Shown: positions 1-9,557 of the stretch, in pieces
Layout: each line of letters starts with the position of its first letter
Numbering within the stretch: position 1 is the stretch's first letter
NCBI GenBank assembly: GCA_963743305.1
Contig: CAVUPH010000014.1
Span: forward strand, 448,001-512,000
Origin: an uncultured delta proteobacterium
Lineage (GTDB): Bacteria > Desulfobacterota > RBG-13-43-22
Direction: 5' to 3'
Length of the DNA stretch: 64,000 bases
Notes under the pieces: generated by a model
Told to the model about the DNA's origin: nothing
Databases searched by the model: none
What the model saw: the letters and a program-made list of their open reading frames with translations, nothing else
Program-made: the position numbers and the translations under genes

Positions 1-1
1 C

Positions 2-355
2 TCGATTGTCGGAGACCGGTTGAAGCGTTATGACGAGGCCGTGGAACGCAACGGCTTCGCCACGGTGCTGTATTTGCGACTGATCTATTTCCCTTTCACC
101 CCGATGAACTTCGGCATGGGCTTGACCCGGGTCCGTTTCCGGGACTACTTCTGGGGCACGGTCCTGGGCATCATTGCCGGGACCTTCATCATTACGTTTT
201 TTGTGGGAACCATCAAAGAGGTTTGGGCCACCGGAGATTGGTCGCAGCTCCTGTCCTTAAAGCTCGCATTTTCCGTAGCCTTGTTTGCTTTTTCCCTATT
301 CATACCCAAAATTGTGAAAAAATTTAAAAAGGAGGAGACCCATGCCGACCTGTGA
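2..355 (+). CDS. TVP38/TMEM64 (VTT/SNARE-associated) family membrane protein, 5' partial
   Basis: Frame is open from the window edge; motif LYLRLIYFPFTPMNFGMGLTRVRFRDYFWGTVLG is typical of DedA/TVP38 proteins. Confidence 0.85.
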   Translation, partial: SIVGDRLKRYDEAVERNGFATVLYLRLIYFPFTPMNFGMGLTRVRFRDYFWGTVLGIIAGTFIITFFVGTIKEVWATGDWSQLLSLKLAFSVALFAFSLFIPKIVKKFKKEETHADL

Positions 356-671
356 GTATGAAGGATTGAAAATCGAGGTGGATGAAGAGGGGTATTTGCT
401 TAACTTTGATGCTTGGAATGAAAAAGTGGCCTGTGCCCTGGCGGAGAGGGAAGGGATAACCCAGGACTGTCCCCTGAAACCCGAACAAATGGAAATTCTT
501 AAATTCATCCGGGAATATTATAAGAAATTTGAATCCGTGCCTGTGGTCCGGGCGGTCTGCACCAATGTCCATCAACCTAAAAGTTGCGAGTACCTGCAGT
601 TTCCCGATCCGCTGATCACCTGTAAAATCGCCGGGATTCCGAAACTGGAGACCGGTTACACCTTGATGTGA
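342..671 (+). CDS. TusE/DsrC/DsvC family sulfur-relay-like protein lacking the penultimate Cys
   Basis: VDEEGYLLNFDAWNEKVACALA, IREYY and CKIAGIPK motifs; RBS GGAGGAG upstream. Confidence 0.85.
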   Translation: MPTCEYEGLKIEVDEEGYLLNFDAWNEKVACALAEREGITQDCPLKPEQMEILKFIREYYKKFESVPVVRAVCTNVHQPKSCEYLQFPDPLITCKIAGIPKLETGYTLM

Positions 672-886
672 TGACGGCTGACCATTTGAGAGTGGTCGGC
701 TGTACCGAGCCAACTGCCACTGACTTTGTCTGTGGCAGTTGGCTTACTATCCCTGGGAAGTCAATCAGGGGTAAAGGAGGCCGTAAAAAGCAGGGCTACG
801 GCCTGTTCATCATTGGCCTGTTCCAGGGTTTGGTCACCCACGTTGGCGACCATCAGGGTGGCTGCCTTCAAATTGAGCCTAATCTC

Positions 887-1858
887 TTAGCCGAGTACTC
901 CAGGGAATTTAATCGCCTGTTTCATCTCAACGTAGTGAGCCGTGGCCAGAGCGGCCGTACAGCCATCGGCAGCGGCGATCACAATCTGATTGGCATACTT
1001 TTGCCTTAGGTCGCCGATGGCGAAGATCCCCGGGATACTGGTCTCGCATTTTTCATCCGTTATGACGTAGCCGCTCTGATTGACTTTAACGCCTGCAGGA
1101 ACGAGCTGGTTATTGGGAGAAAAACCAGCAAAAATGAATACGCCGTCCGTTGAAAGTTCCCTTTTTTCAGCGGTCTCTACATCTTGAAGGGAAACCGCGC
1201 AGACCCCGGATTCATTGGATATAATTTCAGTGACAACTTTCTTAAGAAGAATTTCTATTTTGGGCTCGGCCTGAACGCGCTGCTGGAGGATTCGGCTTCC
1301 CCGGAAAGCATCCCGTCGATGGACCAGGTAGACCCGCTGCGTTATTTTTGAAAGGTAAAGGGCATCCTCAAGGGCCGTATCGCCGCCCCCTACGACTAGT
1401 ACGGTTTTATCCCTGAAAAAGAACCCATCGCAGGTGGCACAGTAAGAGACGCCTTTGCCGAAGTTATCGATTTCCCCGGGAACATCGAGTTTTCGAGCGC
1501 TGCCGCCTGCAGCCAAAATCAAAGCGTGGGCCTGCAGAAGAGCGCCATTAGCCAGACGGACTGAGTGGTATTCAATTCCCGGCTCAATAGACACCACTTC
1601 GTCCTGGATCATTTCCAGGCCATACCCGCGAGCGTGGTTTAAAAATTTATCGCAAAGCTCGAACCCACTTATTTCAATGAATCCAGGATAATTTTCCACC
1701 CCTTTGGTTAAAGCCACCTGGCCGCCAGGCATTCCCTTTTCGATAAGAACCGTTTTTAGGGCCGCCCTCATGGCATAGATGCCTGCGGTAAGACCGGCCG
1801 GACCACCCCCAATAATTATAGAATCATAAAATTTGCTATTCGCAATTAAATTGCTCAT
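887..1858 (-). CDS. trxB: Thioredoxin-disulfide reductase
   Basis: GGGPAG FAD motif, CATC redox motif, GGGDTA NADPH motif, HRRD, GIFAIGD. Confidence 0.95.
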   Translation of the reverse strand: MSNLIANSKFYDSIIIGGGPAGLTAGIYAMRAALKTVLIEKGMPGGQVALTKGVENYPGFIEISGFELCDKFLNHARGYGLEMIQDEVVSIEPGIEYHSVRLANGALLQAHALILAAGGSARKLDVPGEIDNFGKGVSYCATCDGFFFRDKTVLVVGGGDTALEDALYLSKITQRVYLVHRRDAFRGSRILQQRVQAEPKIEILLKKVVTEIISNESGVCAVSLQDVETAEKRELSTDGVFIFAGFSPNNQLVPAGVKVNQSGYVITDEKCETSIPGIFAIGDLRQKYANQIVIAAADGCTAALATAHYVEMKQAIKFPGVLG

Positions 1859-1909
1859 TTTCCCTCCAGCCTGGCCTTGAATTTATCCGGGCAATAAAAA
1901 AACATTTAA

Positions 1910-1929
1910 ATATAAATAGATATTTATAT
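1910..1929. promoter_or_regulatory. Perfect AT-rich palindrome upstream of trxB, candidate repressor operator
   Basis: ATATAAATA-GA-TATTTATAT (9-2-9), next to a minus-strand TTGACT at 1942-1937. Confidence 0.45.
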
Positions 1930-2013
1930 ATGATTGAGTCAAGAAGAAATTTCCATATCCTCATCCTCTCGGATTCTGATGGTCTTCAGGTAAAGTGGAA
2001 AAATTGGGACAGA

Positions 2014-3003
2014 TTACTCAAATATTAGTAAAAAATACTGGAAGATATAGCGGACAGCCAGGTAAGTGATGATTACGCCCAAAATTCCTTTGATCCATTT
2101 TTGGGAAACATATTTTTGCGCTCTCGCACCCAGATAAATTCCTATAAATCCACCAGCCCCGAAGAGGAACCCCAGGAACCAATCCGGGGCGGTGGACAAA
2201 CCTGCGGGATGGGGGCTGAAACTGTAAAAGATAACCCCCAAAATGGAAGTAATAAATGTCCCCAGTAGCGCTGCTCCCGCCACGGTGTAAACCGGCAAAT
2301 GAAAAACGGCCACACAAAAAGGGGCGATGATGGCCCCGCCTCCGATTCCGTAAGTCCCGCCTATAATGCCTACGAGTAAGGCCAAAAGAAACATGGCCGG
2401 CGTGCTGAAGGAAAAACGCTCTCCCCAAAATTCGTATTCGACCCGGCGCAGGGAAAAATAAACGGTTTTGACAATCGCTTCAGGCGGAAGGCCGGCGCTT
2501 AAGCGGGCATTTTGGCCAGCCTTCATTTTTATTACTCTTCGATTGAATTTATCCTCGAGGGCCTTCATGGTTTTTTTGCCTTTTTGGGATCGGGGCGTCA
2601 TTTCATAAAGCATGCGAAGGCCGAGGTACAGGAGAACGCAACCGACAAAGAATTTGAAGGCCCGAGGGTCCGGAAGGTAGAGGACCCGAATATAGTAGCC
2701 GAAAAAAACCCCCGGCAGGGTTCCGGTAATGACGATCCAGGTCAGGGGCCAGGCCATGCGCCCCTCTTTAAGGTACCGGTAAACCCCGCTCGGAATGGCT
2801 ACAATGTTATAGACGAAGTTAGTCCCACTGACCGAAGGGGTACTATAATGCAGGTAGCTCACCTGAAAAGGCAGCAGTAAAAAGGCCCCGGAAACCCCGC
2901 CCATGGAGGTGAAGAAGGAAACCACCAGGGCCACTAAGGGAGGGAGGAAGAGATAGGTCTCAACTCCGGAAACCGAGAACGTCCAATAAAGGCTGTCCAT
3001 CAT
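2014..3003 (-). CDS. Sulfite exporter TauE/SafE (DUF81) family protein
   Basis: Two repeats of the GGxSG / GIGGG...P helices; multiple transmembrane segments. Confidence 0.88.
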   Translation of the reverse strand: MMDSLYWTFSVSGVETYLFLPPLVALVVSFFTSMGGVSGAFLLLPFQVSYLHYSTPSVSGTNFVYNIVAIPSGVYRYLKEGRMAWPLTWIVITGTLPGVFFGYYIRVLYLPDPRAFKFFVGCVLLYLGLRMLYEMTPRSQKGKKTMKALEDKFNRRVIKMKAGQNARLSAGLPPEAIVKTVYFSLRRVEYEFWGERFSFSTPAMFLLALLVGIIGGTYGIGGGAIIAPFCVAVFHLPVYTVAGAALLGTFITSILGVIFYSFSPHPAGLSTAPDWFLGFLFGAGGFIGIYLGARAQKYVSQKWIKGILGVIITYLAVRYIFQYFLLIFE

Positions 3004-3044
3004 GGGAACTCCTTTTTTATGGTTTAAAATATTAGCGAATATGC

Positions 3045-3060
3045 ATCAAAAAATATGCCA
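3045..3060 (-). promoter_or_regulatory. Sigma54-like -24/-12 promoter for the TauE gene
   Basis: Minus strand TGGCATATTTTTTGAT = GG-N10-GA, about 40 nt upstream of the start codon. Confidence 0.5.
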
Positions 3061-3227
3061 TTAAGAACAAGGCTTCGATCATCATTTGACTTTTTACCCC
3101 ATTCTGGTCTATTTTATAAGCTAAATGTAGAAGAGAAGTTTTGATCTTAATTTCAAAGGGTTTCGCAGTATTCCGGGCGGGCGGGAACCTTTTACCAGAC
3201 GTCCCGAGCCCCAAAGGAGAAGTTCAA

Positions 3228-4457
3228 ATGCCAGGTCATCATAAAAAGGTTCAGGGATTCTTCCTGAGGTGTATCTTTTTCAGTCTTATCTGTCTCCTGC
3301 CCGGTCCATCCTGGGGAGAGAAAAAGACTGTGAAGCTCGGTTTCGTAGCGGATGTTACCGGGCCTGGGTTTCTGATTGCCCTTTCGCAGAAAAACGCCCT
3401 GGAACTGGGACTGGAAGAGATCAATTCCTCCGGGGGTCTGCTGGGGCGCCGGGTGGAGCTGATTATCCGTGATTCCCAAATGAAACCGGACCTGGGCGCC
3501 AGGCTGACCAAGGAACTGATACTGCGGGATAAGGCGGATTTTCTCTTCGGGCCGACCAGTCCTTCGGTAGCGCTGGCGGTGTCCCAGGTCTGCAAGGAAC
3601 AAAAGAAGCTGCTCTGTTTACATAGCGCCAATATCGAGCGACTGATTAATGAACTGGGCCATCGTTATGTCTTTTCGGTAATCCCCAATACCTATATGGA
3701 AGGCCAGGCCCTGGCGGCTTTTTTGGCCAAAAGGGGATATAAAAAGATTTTGATTATCGGACCGGACCTGGAATACGGCCGCAGCCAGGCCGAGGCCTTT
3801 AAAAAGAAAATCACTGAACTTAATCCGGCTACGACCGTAATCAAAGAACTCTGGCCCCGGATTGGTGAACAGGATTACACGCCGTACATCGCCACCATTT
3901 TGTCGGCCAAACCGGATATGGTCTGCTCCCTTCTCTGGGGCGGCGATTTGGCCAGTTTCATGCGCCAGGCCAGTCCCCATCAATTTTTTCAAAAGATCCC
4001 CTTTATCGGCTTATTCGATTACGACCTTTTGAAGGGGTTAGGCAATGAGATGGTTCCGGGATTATACGGTTTTGACCGGGCACCCTTTTACGCCCTGAAT
4101 AATCCCCAGGCCAAGTCCTTTATTGAACGGTACAAGACCCGGACCGGGGAATACCCCTCCGCCTGGTCCATCCTGGCCTACGATGGGTTAATGGCCCTGA
4201 GGAAGGCGGTCGACAAGGCCAGGAGCCTGGAAACGGAAAAAGTGATCGGGGCCCTGGAGGGCCTGAATTGGGACTCTTTGAGAGGACCTCTCCAAATTCG
4301 CCCCCAAGATCATCTGGCCAGCGGCGGTCTGTTTTTCGGGATCACCTATAAAGATCCCAAATATTCTTTTTTTATTATGCGAGAGATGGTTTACCTTCCC
4401 GGAAATGATCTTTGGCATTCTTTGGAGGAGATTAAATCCTTGAGAAAATCGCCTTAG
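3228..4457 (+). CDS. ABC-type branched-chain amino acid family (LivJ/LivK-like) substrate-binding protein
   Basis: Signal-peptide-like N-terminus, EEINSSGGLLGRRVELIIRDSQMKP, AYDG motif; ATG 3228 follows AAAGGAG. Confidence 0.88.
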   Translation: MPGHHKKVQGFFLRCIFFSLICLLPGPSWGEKKTVKLGFVADVTGPGFLIALSQKNALELGLEEINSSGGLLGRRVELIIRDSQMKPDLGARLTKELILRDKADFLFGPTSPSVALAVSQVCKEQKKLLCLHSANIERLINELGHRYVFSVIPNTYMEGQALAAFLAKRGYKKILIIGPDLEYGRSQAEAFKKKITELNPATTVIKELWPRIGEQDYTPYIATILSAKPDMVCSLLWGGDLASFMRQASPHQFFQKIPFIGLFDYDLLKGLGNEMVPGLYGFDRAPFYALNNPQAKSFIERYKTRTGEYPSAWSILAYDGLMALRKAVDKARSLETEKVIGALEGLNWDSLRGPLQIRPQDHLASGGLFFGITYKDPKYSFFIMREMVYLPGNDLWHSLEEIKSLRKSP

Positions 4458-4573
4458 TCAATACCCGCCAGGCCATTCGGGTGTTGATTTCCGACCAGGA
4501 GGTAACCGTGGACGCCGACCGGGGTCGGGTTTATCGAGGGCGCTTCAAATTCTCTGAAATGACTCCAGTGTAA
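4451..4573 (+). pseudogene. Remnant of the C-terminal end of a PEP-utilising enzyme mobile (swivel) domain
   Basis: Manual translation ALVNTRQAIRVLISDQEVTVDADRGRVYRGRFKFSEMTPV*; matches the (G)xxVTVDxxxGxVYxG signature; no start codon. Confidence 0.6.
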
Positions 4574-4641
4574 CCTGGAGGAATCAGTTTCTTCTTCCAT
4601 TTTTTCCCGCCTTAGTGCCATCCATTCCATAACCATTTGAA

Positions 4642-4696
4642 TTTCAATAAGTTGGGCGATTCACCCTTTCAAATTAGGGTTGGCATACAAATTGAA
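4642..4696 (+). promoter_or_regulatory. IHF-like site plus sigma54-like promoter upstream of the two-component system
   Basis: TTTCAATAAGTTG (1 mismatch to WATCAANNNNTTR) at 4642; TGGCATACAAATTGAA at 4681 (GG-N10-GA). Confidence 0.5.
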
Positions 4697-4819
4697 ATCG
4701 ATTTAGTGAAACCAGGGGTTTGTCAAAAACCATTCTTGTGAAATGCACCGTTTGACAAAAATTACTACAATGGCGTGCTACCCTGAAACTTGGTCCTTTT
4801 CAGGCAAGGAGGACGGTAA

Positions 4820-5786
4820 GTGAAATTTACTTTAAAACTGGAGGCGCTTCAAAACCTTTTCTGGCGGATCTATGTGGATATTGCTATCGTGGCACCGATT
4901 GCCTTCCTCCTGGGTTTTTTTAAACCGCTACAAGACGGGTGGTTGTGGTTAATTTTGTTTGGAGGGGGGTATATCTTATTTTGTTTTTTCCTTTTTTTCT
5001 ATCTGCAATCGGTTTTTTCTAAAGAAAATATCAGTAAACTGGCGGAGATCAGTTCGATCGCCGAAGACTTGCAGGCGGAAAAACTGGCCTCCCTGGAAAC
5101 CTTGGTCGCCGGGATCGCCCATGAATTGAACAATCCCATCAGCATAATATTAGGTTTCAGCGGCCTTCTCCTGGAAAAAGCGGATCCGGGTAGCCGGGGG
5201 TATAAAGATCTAAAAGCGATTGAAAGGCAAAGTCTAAATTGCCGGCAAATCGTTGAAAATCTTTTAAGTTTTTCCAGGATCCGAGAGGACGCCCGTGGTT
5301 TGGTGGATATTAACCAGGTGATTGAACGATTGATGCTGGTGGTTGGGCCGGGTCTGAGCGGCCAGGGTATACGCTGGGAGTGTTCTTTAGCCGAAGAACT
5401 CCCTTCCGGCCCGGGCAATCCGCAGAAGTGGCAGCAAATCATCCTCAATCTGGTCAATAATGCCAAAGAGGCCATGCCTTCCGGAGGGCAATTAAAGATT
5501 TGGACCGTCCAGCGAAATCAAGAAAAGCGTATCGAGATAGGATTCCAGGATACCGGGCGAGGGATAGCCGACCCCTATGTAGGCAGGATTTTTGACCCCT
5601 TCTTTACCACCAAAAAAGAAGGACGTGGAATTGGTTTGGGCCTTTCCATTACTTATGGTATAATTTCCAATATGGGTGGGACGATTACCTGCCAAAGTAA
5701 AATCAAAGATAGCTCCGGATCAACCGCAGGGAACGACCTTCCTTATTTCTATTCCGGTCCCTGAAGGTCATCCGCTGATAGCCTAA
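4820..5786 (+). CDS. Membrane sensor histidine kinase (NtrB-like), apparent +1 frameshift near 5725
   Basis: H-box AHELNNP, N-box NLVNNA, DTGRG, FDPFFTTK, GLGLS; canonical tail GTTFLISIP continues in the shifted frame to TAA 5786 (track ORF ends 5764). Confidence 0.88.
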
Positions 5787-5800
5787 ATTCAAATAACCCA

Positions 5801-7201
5801 ATGGCCGAAAAAATTCTAATCGTCGACGATGAGGTCGATATGCTCGACCTTTTAGAGCGGATCATCGAAGATAAGACTCCCTACCAGGTGATTACCACTG
5901 CCGATCCTCTCCAGGTTCCGCAGATCTTGGATGAAATGTCAATCGATTTGATGATCACCGATCTGAGGATGCCCGGCCAGAACGGGATCGATCTTCTGGA
6001 AACGGTCCACAAAAAACATGAACGCCTCCCGGTGATGGTCATCACCGCTTACGGCACCATTGAAACGGCCGTCGAAGCTATGCAAAAAGGGGCTTTCAGC
6101 TATATCACCAAACCTTTTAAACAAGAAGAAATTTTGTTGTCCGTTGAAAAGGCGCTTGAATACCAGCGATTAAAAAAAGAAAACCTTAGCCTCCAGCGAG
6201 AACTGGGAAAAGAAATTAAATATCCCCTCATCCTCGGCACGAGCCCGGTGATGGAAAAAGTCTTCGAGCGGATCATTCAGGTGGCCAAAACCTCCGCCAC
6301 CATATTAATAACCGGGGAATCGGGCACGGGTAAGGAATTAGCCGCCAAGACCATCCACTATCATAGTTTGCGTCAGAACAACCCCTTTGTGGCCGTCAAC
6401 TGTTCGGCCATTCCTGAGTCGCTGATCGAGAGCGAACTATTTGGTCATCTGAAGGGTTCCTTCACCGGGGCCATTCGCGACAAAAAAGGTTTGGTCGAAG
6501 AGGCGGACCGGGGGACTTTCTTTTTAGATGAAATCGGGGATTTAAACCCGATCATGCAGACCAAGCTGCTCCGCCTTCTGCAGGAGGGGGAATATAAGCC
6601 CATCGGGAGTTCTAAAACTTTTACCGCCGATATCCGCTTCATCGCCGCTACCAACCAGGATTTGATCGAAAAAATACGGAAAAGGGAATTCCGAGAGGAT
6701 TTATACTATCGGCTCAATGTCATCCAATTGAGACTTCCGCCTTTGAGGGAACGAAAGGAGGATATCCCCCTGCTAGCCAATCATTTTCTGAAAAAATTCG
6801 CCCGCCTCAATCAGAAACCCATACAGGGGATTTCTACGGAAGGGTTGGACGCGCTGAGTGCGCGGGATTGGCCCGGCAATATTCGGGAGTTAGAAAATGT
6901 ACTGGAACGGGGGGTTATCCTATCCAGTTCAGACCAATTGAAAGTCCAGGACCTTTTTCCGGCGGATCATGATTATTCTTTGCCCTTTGATATCGATAAA
7001 GATATCTTCCAGGTTCCCTTTAAAGAGGCCAGAGACAAGCTGATTACCAATTTTCAGGCCGAATATATCCGGCAGTTGTTAGCTAAACATGGGGGCAATG
7101 TCTCCTTAGCCGCTAAAGAATGCGGTATAAAGCGGCCTTACCTGCATCGCTTGATGCGCGAAAGCGCTATTCAATCCAAGTCCTACCGATCATCGGATTA
7201 G
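5801..7201 (+). CDS. Sigma54-dependent response regulator (NtrC family)
   Basis: Receiver domain (DD, DLRMP, KPF), GESGTGKE, GSFTGA, DEIGD, WPGNIREL, C-terminal Fis-type HTH. Confidence 0.95.
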   Translation: MAEKILIVDDEVDMLDLLERIIEDKTPYQVITTADPLQVPQILDEMSIDLMITDLRMPGQNGIDLLETVHKKHERLPVMVITAYGTIETAVEAMQKGAFSYITKPFKQEEILLSVEKALEYQRLKKENLSLQRELGKEIKYPLILGTSPVMEKVFERIIQVAKTSATILITGESGTGKELAAKTIHYHSLRQNNPFVAVNCSAIPESLIESELFGHLKGSFTGAIRDKKGLVEEADRGTFFLDEIGDLNPIMQTKLLRLLQEGEYKPIGSSKTFTADIRFIAATNQDLIEKIRKREFREDLYYRLNVIQLRLPPLRERKEDIPLLANHFLKKFARLNQKPIQGISTEGLDALSARDWPGNIRELENVLERGVILSSSDQLKVQDLFPADHDYSLPFDIDKDIFQVPFKEARDKLITNFQAEYIRQLLAKHGGNVSLAAKECGIKRPYLHRLMRESAIQSKSYRSSD

Positions 7202-7270
7202 CCGATCCCCGTCACAGAGATGAATATTTCCCACCTTCGGCCCCGTTTTCTAAATAAAAATAGGGCACAG

Positions 7271-7288
7271 TGTTTCTTCTTAGATACA
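7271..7288. promoter_or_regulatory. Candidate enhancer-binding-protein site
   Basis: TGTTTC-N6-GATACA near-palindrome (TGT-N12-ACA), about 100 bp upstream of a sigma54-like promoter. Confidence 0.4.
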
Positions 7289-7380
7289 GCCCCTGTAATT
7301 TATTTGGTTCCAAATTCAAGGCCCGGGTCGAATTTTATAAAAAATAATAATAAATTAAGTTAGTTAAGGTTTATTTTTTT

Positions 7381-7396
7381 TGGCATAAAACTTGAT
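7381..7396 (+). promoter_or_regulatory. Sigma54-like -24/-12 promoter of the TauE / membrane protein / USP operon
   Basis: TGGCATAAAACTTGAT = GG-N10-GA, preceded by an AT-rich tract. Confidence 0.55.
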
Positions 7397-7572
7397 ATAA
7401 TACAGGCAGCTTGCCAAACCCTGATTTTTTTTGTTCTCTTGACCGGATATCCGCCAAGGGTGAAAGGGGAGAGCGGCAGGTGGGACTTTAATATTAAAAG
7501 GCGCCGATGATTGCAGTAACCGTTGACGCGTTTCGGTGACATACCTAAAGCGGAACCCAAAGGAGGAGGATT

Positions 7573-8827
7573 ATGAACGTAGGCAGGGAGGTTTTTGAAT
7601 TTCTAAAGGCCGGAGCCGTCGCCCACGCCAAGTGGGACTACGAGGTCTCCATGAGTATCCTGAAAAACAGGAAAAAACTGTTAATCATTCTTTCCATGCT
7701 GCTCCCTATTTTCGCGGTGGCCATCTGTGAAGGGGCCGGAATTTTAGGGGGCAAAACGGCCTATGCCCCGGCCCATTACACCACCATGATCTTCCTGGTT
7801 TCCATTGCCATCGGATTATGCGCCGGGCTGATCACCGGCTGCATCGGCGCCGGGGGCGGATTCATTATCACGCCGGCCCTGATGGCCGCCGGGGTCAAGG
7901 GGATCCTGGCCGTGGGGACCGACCTCTTTCATATCTTCGCCAAGGCCATCATGGGGACCGTGATCCATAAAAAACTGGGGAATGTCTCGGTCAAACTGGC
8001 GGTGGCCTTTTTAGTCGGGTCCGCCGGGGGAACGTTCATCGGCGGATTTATCAACAAGACCCTCTACAACATCGATCCCCTGCTGAGCGATACCTTTATC
8101 AGCGTCATCTATGCCGTCCTCCTGGGGTTTTTGGGGACTTACGCGATGATGGATTTCATCAAGTCGTCGCGCGGTCCGGCCGCTACCGGAGGAGGCGGGC
8201 ACGATGCCCACGGCGGGCCTTCCGGGGTCACCGGTACGGCGATTAAGCTCCAGAATTTAAACATTCCCCCCATGATCACTTTTGACGAAGACCTGGGCGG
8301 ACGGAAGATCTCCGGGGTGATCGTGGCCCTGGGCGGTGTAATCGTTGGTATGCTGGCCGCCCTGATGGGGGTCGGCGGCGGGTTTGTGACCTTCCCCATG
8401 TTCGTCTATATCTTCGGCGTCTCCTCCATGACCACCGTGGGGACCGATATCCTGCAGATTATTTTCACCGCCGGCCTGGCGGCCGTGACCCAGTACGCCA
8501 TCTACGGCTATGTGTTTTACACCCTGGCCATGGGCATGCTGATCGGCTCCCTGATCGGGATCCAGGTGGGGGCCCTGACCACCAAGGTGGTCAAGGGGAT
8601 CCATATCCGGGGTTTTTACGCCGTATCCATCCTGGCCGGATTTTATCAACCGGGCGGCCACCCTGCCCAAGAAGCTGACCGAAATGGAAGTGATCGATAT
8701 TTCCAAACCGGTAGTAAACGCCATCGATTTTGTGGGGGCCGTGGTCTTCTGGGTCGTGGTGGGAGGGTTCGCTCTCTGGGTCTTAAGTAAATTCTTTGGA
8801 AATATTAAAGCGTTAAAGGAGGCCTAA
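7573..8827 (+). CDS. Sulfite exporter TauE/SafE family protein (long deltaproteobacterial type), apparent +1 frameshift at 8641-8644
   Basis: GCIGAGGGFIITP and MGVGGGFVTFP motifs; removing one T gives GFINRAATLPKKL...VVFWVVVGGFALWVLSKFFGNIKALKEA* ending at 8827. Confidence 0.85.
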
Positions 8828-8830
8828 CCC

Positions 8831-9557
8831 ATGGCAGCATCCAAAAAAGGCGCATTTACGATCGGCCTGCTCATGGCCATCTCGTTTGGGGTTGTTTTAT
8901 TTTTGATGTTTTCCGAAATTTTCCCCGGTCCGGCCGGCAAGAAGATGAATGGGTTGGATTGGGCGGATGACCTATTTAATAAACTGGCCAAGGGGTCTTC
9001 TTATTTCATCCCTAAGTTGAAGGAGACCAATCAAAAATTCATGGGCCGACCGTTCACGGCCACCATTAAAGTCCAGAATGCCGCGGAGGCGGATCAGATC
9101 AACAAGCTCTTTACCCAGGCCGGCGCCCGGGTAAACGTCCAGGGCGAGGCGCTGACCATTGAAGGGGACCTGGGCCAGACCATGGGGGTCATCCTCCGGG
9201 ATTCGGACGACATGTTTAACAACCAGGGTCAGAAACTGGCGGTCCTGTACGGTTATGACGAAAAAGAAGTGATGAAAAACTGGTGGACGGCCCTGAGCAG
9301 CATGGATAAGTTTTTCAAAAAGAACCTGAAGATCGAAGAAGCCAAACTGGTTTCGGAAGTCTCCAAGAAAGGGGCTTGAGCCGTCCTATAACTTCTACAA
9401 GATCGAGTCCCAACGGGTCGTCGACCGGGTCGGGATCATGACTTTTCTGTTGGTCTTCTATGTGTTTTACACCCTGTGGTGGGGCTATGCGATTTTCTAC
9501 CTCTTTGAAGGGTTCGGGCTGACCATGAAAAAAGCTAAGGTAAAGAAAGAGGTTTAG
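8831..9557 (+). CDS. Conserved membrane protein partner of TauE, apparent +1 frameshift at 9371-9374
   Basis: NGLDWADDLFNKLAKGSSYFIP; removing one G gives LEPSYNFYKIE...FYVFYTLWWGYAIFYLFEGFGL...KKEV* ending at 9557. Confidence 0.75.

Noticed and set aside
669-701. TGA-TGA followed by a hairpin after the DsrC-like gene, as possible selenocysteine readthrough
   Set aside because: The TGA does not align with the DsrC terminal Cys, tandem and further in-frame TGA codons follow, and the readthrough product is not protein-like.
764-886. Open stretch in frame after the trxB stop (EIRLNLKAA...)
   Set aside because: The stop is TAA, the stretch is only about 40 codons and no family is recognisable.
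4719-4759. TTTGTCAAA...TTTGACAAA inverted repeat upstream of the kinase
   Set aside because: Short AT-rich arms with a 23-nt spacer; cannot be distinguished from chance without comparative data.
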